Source: a bacterium | GTDB taxonomy: Bacteria; UBA8248 | NCBI GenBank assembly: GCA_965199855.1 | Contig: OZ241326.1 | Coordinates: forward strand, 1,344,001-1,408,000 | Length of the DNA: 64,000 nt | Direction: 5' to 3' | Shown here: positions 59,925 to 64,000 of the stretch, one piece after another | How the letters are laid out: each line of letters opens with the position of its first letter | Numbering within the stretch: the first letter of the stretch is position 1 | Notes under the pieces: model-generated | The model's database searches: none | The model's input: the letters and a program-made list of their open reading frames with translations, nothing else | What the model was told of the DNA's origin: nothing | Translations under genes and position numbers: made by a program

Positions 59925-60323
59925 TCAGACGCGCACCATCACCAGGTCTTTCTCGAGCGTGACCTCGTAGGTTTCGATGGACGGGTCTTCCTCCGCCTCC
60001 AGGGTGACCTCGTAGGTTTTGACGCGCGTCCCGTGGGGATTGAATATGGAGCGCCCGGTCGCGATGTCGAATTCCCAGCAATGCCACGGGCAGACGAGAA
60101 CCTGATCGTCCATCACGTATTCGTAGGCGTGCGGCCTGGAGGACTTCATCGTGCCCTTGACCTTGCCGAGGCAAAGCGGCGCGCCCTGGTGGGGGCAGGC
60201 GTTTCTCAGCGCGTAGAGGGAGTTCCCGACGTTGAACACGCCGATGGAGCGGCCCTCGACTTCGATGATCCTGCGCTCGCCGGGAGGCAGCTCGGATATC
60301 CTGCACACCGGGTGCTTCGCCAT
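59925..60323 (-). CDS. Rieske [2Fe-2S] ferredoxin
   Basis: CPHQG and CPWH. Confidence 0.92.
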   Translation of the reverse strand: MAKHPVCRISELPPGERRIIEVEGRSIGVFNVGNSLYALRNACPHQGAPLCLGKVKGTMKSSRPHAYEYVMDDQVLVCPWHCWEFDIATGRSIFNPHGTRVKTYEVTLEAEEDPSIETYEVTLEKDLVMVRV

Positions 60324-60335
60324 CCGCGCCGCGCC

Positions 60336-61163
60336 CTAGCCTTGCGCCGCCGCGCCCGCCGCCCTCGCCTTCAGCATCTCCTCGAGCTTCGGCATGGCGC
60401 GCACCGATGCGTAGCGCGCCCCCTCGCCGCTTGGGGAGGAGAGGCTGCGCCTTGCGCCTTTGGGAATCTGGATGACGGAGCCGGGGCCCGCCTCCTGGCG
60501 ATCGTCGTCCACCCGGGCGTCGATTTTTCCCCGGAGGACGTAGATGAATTCCTCGCGCGCGCTCTCGACGGCCGCGTCCTCGAAGCCGGCGGGTATTTCG
60601 CCGTAGCCGAAGGCGAGGCGCTCGCCTTCCACCCAGACGGCGTGGCGTCCCGAGGCTTCGGGGGCGTCCAGGGAGGGGAGAATCGGGTAATAGGGGTTTC
60701 CCAGGCCCTCGACGATGATTTTCGCTCTCCCCGCGTCCTTTTCGAGGTTTTCGGTGGCGCCCGAGTCGTATTGCTCGTTGATCTCCTCGACGGTGGGCGC
60801 CCTGTCCGGCACCACCTGATCCCTGTCCAGGCCGACGACCGTCCAGGAGCGATCCTTCACGTAGAGATACTCCATGTCGCCGTCCTCGGTGGCGATCATC
60901 TGGTGCTGCGCGTAGGCGGGCACGTGAACGAAGGTGCCCGGGGAGACGACCCTCCTGTCCTTGCCGACCAGCGCGTTGATTTTCCCGCTGACGGGGAAGA
61001 TCATGAGTTCGTTGGGGTGATAGTGTATCTGGGAGCCCGTGCCGGCCACCTTGCTGACCCGGCAGAAATACATGTATTCCCCTTCGATGATGGCGCCCTG
61101 TCCGGTGGAAAGGTGGGGGGAGAGGGCTTTCTTTTCGATTCCTTCAAAGCGATGAAACGGCAT
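60336..61163 (-). CDS. Bicupin protein
   Basis: The N-terminal cupin has HYHPNE...H; the second cupin lacks the His ligands. Confidence 0.85.
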   Translation of the reverse strand: MPFHRFEGIEKKALSPHLSTGQGAIIEGEYMYFCRVSKVAGTGSQIHYHPNELMIFPVSGKINALVGKDRRVVSPGTFVHVPAYAQHQMIATEDGDMEYLYVKDRSWTVVGLDRDQVVPDRAPTVEEINEQYDSGATENLEKDAGRAKIIVEGLGNPYYPILPSLDAPEASGRHAVWVEGERLAFGYGEIPAGFEDAAVESAREEFIYVLRGKIDARVDDDRQEAGPGSVIQIPKGARRSLSSPSGEGARYASVRAMPKLEEMLKARAAGAAAQG

Positions 61164-61415
61164 TCGGCGAACTCCTTTCCTGGCGAATGAACCGCGCCGG
61201 CTTTTTCAGCGCGCCGCGGCCGCCCGCTCGCGCGAGGCGAGAAACGAAAAATTTTCATTGTCGGATTTGTGGAATCCGGGGGCGAATGTTACTCTCTTCC
61301 CATGCGTCTGACAATTCGCGCCGCGGAAAAATGGCGTCCGCCGCCGTTGTCATGGCGACGAAGGAGCGAAGGGCCGCTTTTGAGGACGAATGCCATGCGT
61401 CCGGGAGGCTTTGCC

Positions 61416-62417
61416 ATGGCGGGTGAGAAGATTCGGCTGGCGGCCATCGGCCTCGCCAACTGGGGAGGCGTGCTGGCGAACGCCGCGAAGCGGGCGGGGA
61501 ACGTGGAAATTACGCGATGCTTCGCGCGAACGAAGGAGGCGCGGGAGGAGTTCGCCGCGAAGTTCGGGTGCCGTCCGGCGGAATCCTGTGAAGAAGTCCT
61601 GGAGGACGGCGAGGTGGAGGGCGTGCTCATCGCCACGCCCCATTCCACGCACGCGGAGCTGATCGCCGCCGCCGCGTCCGCGGGAAAGCACGTTTTCGTG
61701 GAGAAGCCGCTCGCCCTGCGGGTGGCCGACGCCGACAGGTGCATCGAAGCGGCGCGGCGCGCCGGCGTCGCGCTTCTCGTCGGGCACCACCGAAGGCGGC
61801 AGGGGGCGAACCGCAGAATAAGGAAGATGATCGACGAGGGCGCGCTGGGGATGGTTCACCTGCTGGAGGCGAATCTTTCCAACCCCAACGGGCAGAACCC
61901 CAGAAGCGGCTGGAGGAACGACCCGGAAGAATGCCCGGCGGGGGGCATGACGGGGCTGGGCGTCCACATGGTCGATAACCTCCAGTATCTGGGCGGCCCC
62001 GTGGGGCGCGTGAGCGCGTTCAGCAAGAAGCTGCTCGGCCGGGGGAATCTCGACGATGTGACGAGCGTCGTTCTCGAATACGAGAGCGGCCCGCTCGGCT
62101 GCGTTCACACCGCCTACGTCGTTCCCAAGCAGTGCTCGACGGCCGCCCACGGCACGGAGGCGTCCGCCTGGAGCGAGGACGAGGGAGAAAGGCTGTTTTT
62201 GCAGAAGAAGGACGAGGCCCGCCGCGCGGAGCTTCCCGTGGAGGGCGGCGACGCGCTCGCCGAGGAGCTGGAGGAGTTCGGGAGGTGCGTTCGGGGCGAG
62301 GCCGCGCCCGAGACGGGCGGCGAGGCGGCGAGGGAAGTCGTGGCCGTCCTGGAGGCGATTGTCGAGAGCGCGAGGAGCGGGCGCGTGGTCGAGGTTTCGG
62401 AATTCAGGGGACGCTGA
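61416..62417 (+). CDS. Gfo/Idh/MocA-family oxidoreductase
   Basis: ATPHSTH, GKHVFVEKP, GHHRR and GVHMVD. Confidence 0.92.
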   Translation: MAGEKIRLAAIGLANWGGVLANAAKRAGNVEITRCFARTKEAREEFAAKFGCRPAESCEEVLEDGEVEGVLIATPHSTHAELIAAAASAGKHVFVEKPLALRVADADRCIEAARRAGVALLVGHHRRRQGANRRIRKMIDEGALGMVHLLEANLSNPNGQNPRSGWRNDPEECPAGGMTGLGVHMVDNLQYLGGPVGRVSAFSKKLLGRGNLDDVTSVVLEYESGPLGCVHTAYVVPKQCSTAAHGTEASAWSEDEGERLFLQKKDEARRAELPVEGGDALAEELEEFGRCVRGEAAPETGGEAAREVVAVLEAIVESARSGRVVEVSEFRGR

Positions 62418-62419
62418 GC

Positions 62420-63448
62420 GTGGGCGGAAAAGGCGGGGAGGCGTGGGAGATCGGCGGGGTGGAGGTCGCGCCGGGCGCGCGCGAATACCTGGAAATTCCC
62501 GTGGCGCGAATGCTCACAGGCTCCGAGACGCGCCTGCCCCTGCATTGCGTGAGAGGGGCGAAGCCGGGCCCCGCGCTTTCCCTTCTGGCGTGCGTGCACG
62601 GGGATGAGCCGCAGCCGATTCGCGCGCTTCGGGACGTTCTGGCGCAGATCGATCCCCGGCGCCTGCGGGGCGCCCTGCGGATCGTTCCGGTGGCGAACCC
62701 TTTCGCGTTCTCGAACTTCTCGCGCCAGTCGCCGGATCAGCACGAGCAGACGAACCTTTGGGGCGCGTTTCCGGGCTCCGCCGGGGGAACGCTGACGCAG
62801 CGCTACGCCGCCAAAATTCGGGAAGTCCTGATGGAGGACGCCGACTTCTTCGTCGAGTTCCACTCCGGCGGAGCGGCGGGGAGAATTCAGAGGCGCGTCG
62901 ACGCGGACCCGCGCCTCAAGGGCCCGGTCGGCGAAAAGTCGCGCCGGATGGCGATCGCCTTCGCCAGCGGGGGCGCGGGCATGGCGCACGGCGTCCCTGC
63001 CGGCGCGTCGAGCGCCTCGGGCTGCGCGATCTCGCGGAAGCTGCCCGCCATCAGCGTTGAGATCGGCGGCGCCTATCTGCCCGAATCCGAGGAGAATCTC
63101 TATCGGGCCTGCCTGGAGAAGGGTCTTTTGAACCTCCTCGTTCATCTCGGCATGATTCCGGGAAGAGAGAAAAGGACGAAAATCACCTGGTTCGACTTCG
63201 CCCGCCGCGTCGAGGCGAACCCCTCGAGCGGCGGGTATCTGCTCTCGCGGAAAACGCTCTTCTCCGACCTGGGCAAGAAGGTGAGGAAAGGAGAGCTGCT
63301 GGGCGAGATGCTGGACCCCTTTCGGCTGGAGGTGATGGAGGAGTTGCGGAGCCCGGCCGACGGGGTTCTCTTTTTCAGCAGGTGCAGCGGGCCGGTCGAG
63401 GCGGGGAACAAGGGCTTCGCCGTCGCCGCGGAATATCAGAGAATATAG
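62420..63448 (+). CDS. Succinylglutamate desuccinylase/aspartoacylase (M14) family hydrolase
   Basis: VHGDE, PVANP, FPG, EFHSG, VEIG and a C-terminal SPADG hybrid domain; start inferred. Confidence 0.87.
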   Translation: MGGKGGEAWEIGGVEVAPGAREYLEIPVARMLTGSETRLPLHCVRGAKPGPALSLLACVHGDEPQPIRALRDVLAQIDPRRLRGALRIVPVANPFAFSNFSRQSPDQHEQTNLWGAFPGSAGGTLTQRYAAKIREVLMEDADFFVEFHSGGAAGRIQRRVDADPRLKGPVGEKSRRMAIAFASGGAGMAHGVPAGASSASGCAISRKLPAISVEIGGAYLPESEENLYRACLEKGLLNLLVHLGMIPGREKRTKITWFDFARRVEANPSSGGYLLSRKTLFSDLGKKVRKGELLGEMLDPFRLEVMEELRSPADGVLFFSRCSGPVEAGNKGFAVAAEYQRI

Positions 63449-63535
63449 GCCGCTCCGCTTCGGGAGTCCGCGCGGAGCCCGAGCCGCTCATCCGCGGCGC
63501 CTCATTTGAGCAGCCATGGGAGGAAGCGAAAGAAA

Positions 63536-63979
63536 ATGCCTTTCTACGATCCCGAAAAGATGGAGCAGAGACTGGCCGGCGCGAGCTACAGCACCTCCGA
63601 GGGCGCGTGGGTCGATGGCGAGCGCATCATCTTCGGCGTCATCAACAAGCCCGCCGGCACGGGCAGCAGGCCGCACCGCCACCCGAACGAGCAGTTCATT
63701 CTCGTCCAGCAGGGCCGCCTGAAGGCGATGATCGAGGACGAGCGGAAAACCGTCGGCGGGGGCGGCATCATCCACATCCCGGCGAACGCGCTCCACAGCA
63801 TGGTGGCCGAGGACGACGAGGACGTCATTTTCGTCGTGGCGAAGGACACGACCTGGCAGATCGAGGGAGTCGCCGAGGATGATTCCTCCTACGGCGCGCA
63901 TATCGGCGAGGGGGCGAGCGCGAGCGTCGCCGCCCGGTTCCGGGCGATTGCCGAAAAAGGCCCCGAATCGACCGGATAG
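63536..63979 (+). CDS. Cupin domain protein
   Basis: GTGSRPHRHPNEQ...IPANALH; similar to the N-terminal domain of the bicupin. Confidence 0.88.
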   Translation: MPFYDPEKMEQRLAGASYSTSEGAWVDGERIIFGVINKPAGTGSRPHRHPNEQFILVQQGRLKAMIEDERKTVGGGGIIHIPANALHSMVAEDDEDVIFVVAKDTTWQIEGVAEDDSSYGAHIGEGASASVAARFRAIAEKGPESTG

Positions 63980-64000
63980 CGGCGCCCCCCGGAAAACGCT

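Overview
GC-rich bacterial chromosomal segment made mostly of housekeeping and catabolic genes. It contains the 5' part of class II ribonucleotide reductase nrdJ (with NrdR boxes), lpdA, a peptide ABC transporter, dacB, recJ, moaDE, a branched-chain-amino-acid-type ABC transporter with two tandem binding-protein paralogs, a trpFBA-leuCDB-asd operon, mtnP-hemL-ftsB and tRNA-fMet. The right third holds many poorly characterised catabolic enzymes (Gfo/Idh/MocA oxidoreductases, amidases, a Mo-oxidoreductase, a triple-RidA protein, an amidohydrolase with a Rieske protein, cupins). Signals the ORF track misses: (1) a ~250-bp non-coding element present twice (4.5 kb and 40.7 kb) with ordered conserved motifs ending in a parS palindrome; (2) an exported peroxiredoxin-like selenoprotein (UxxC, in-frame UGA plus SECIS-like hairpin); (3) a shared ATATGC-N12-GCATA operator at two distant promoters; (4) a GTAG-REP cluster behind the tRNA; (5) three solitary lower-GC genes (two RNase H/DUF429-like, one RlmJ-like); (6) small gene remnants (GNAT toxin, allophanate hydrolase). 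No CRISPR array, rRNA, transposase or integrase was seen. All family calls come from recognising motifs by eye; no database search was run.
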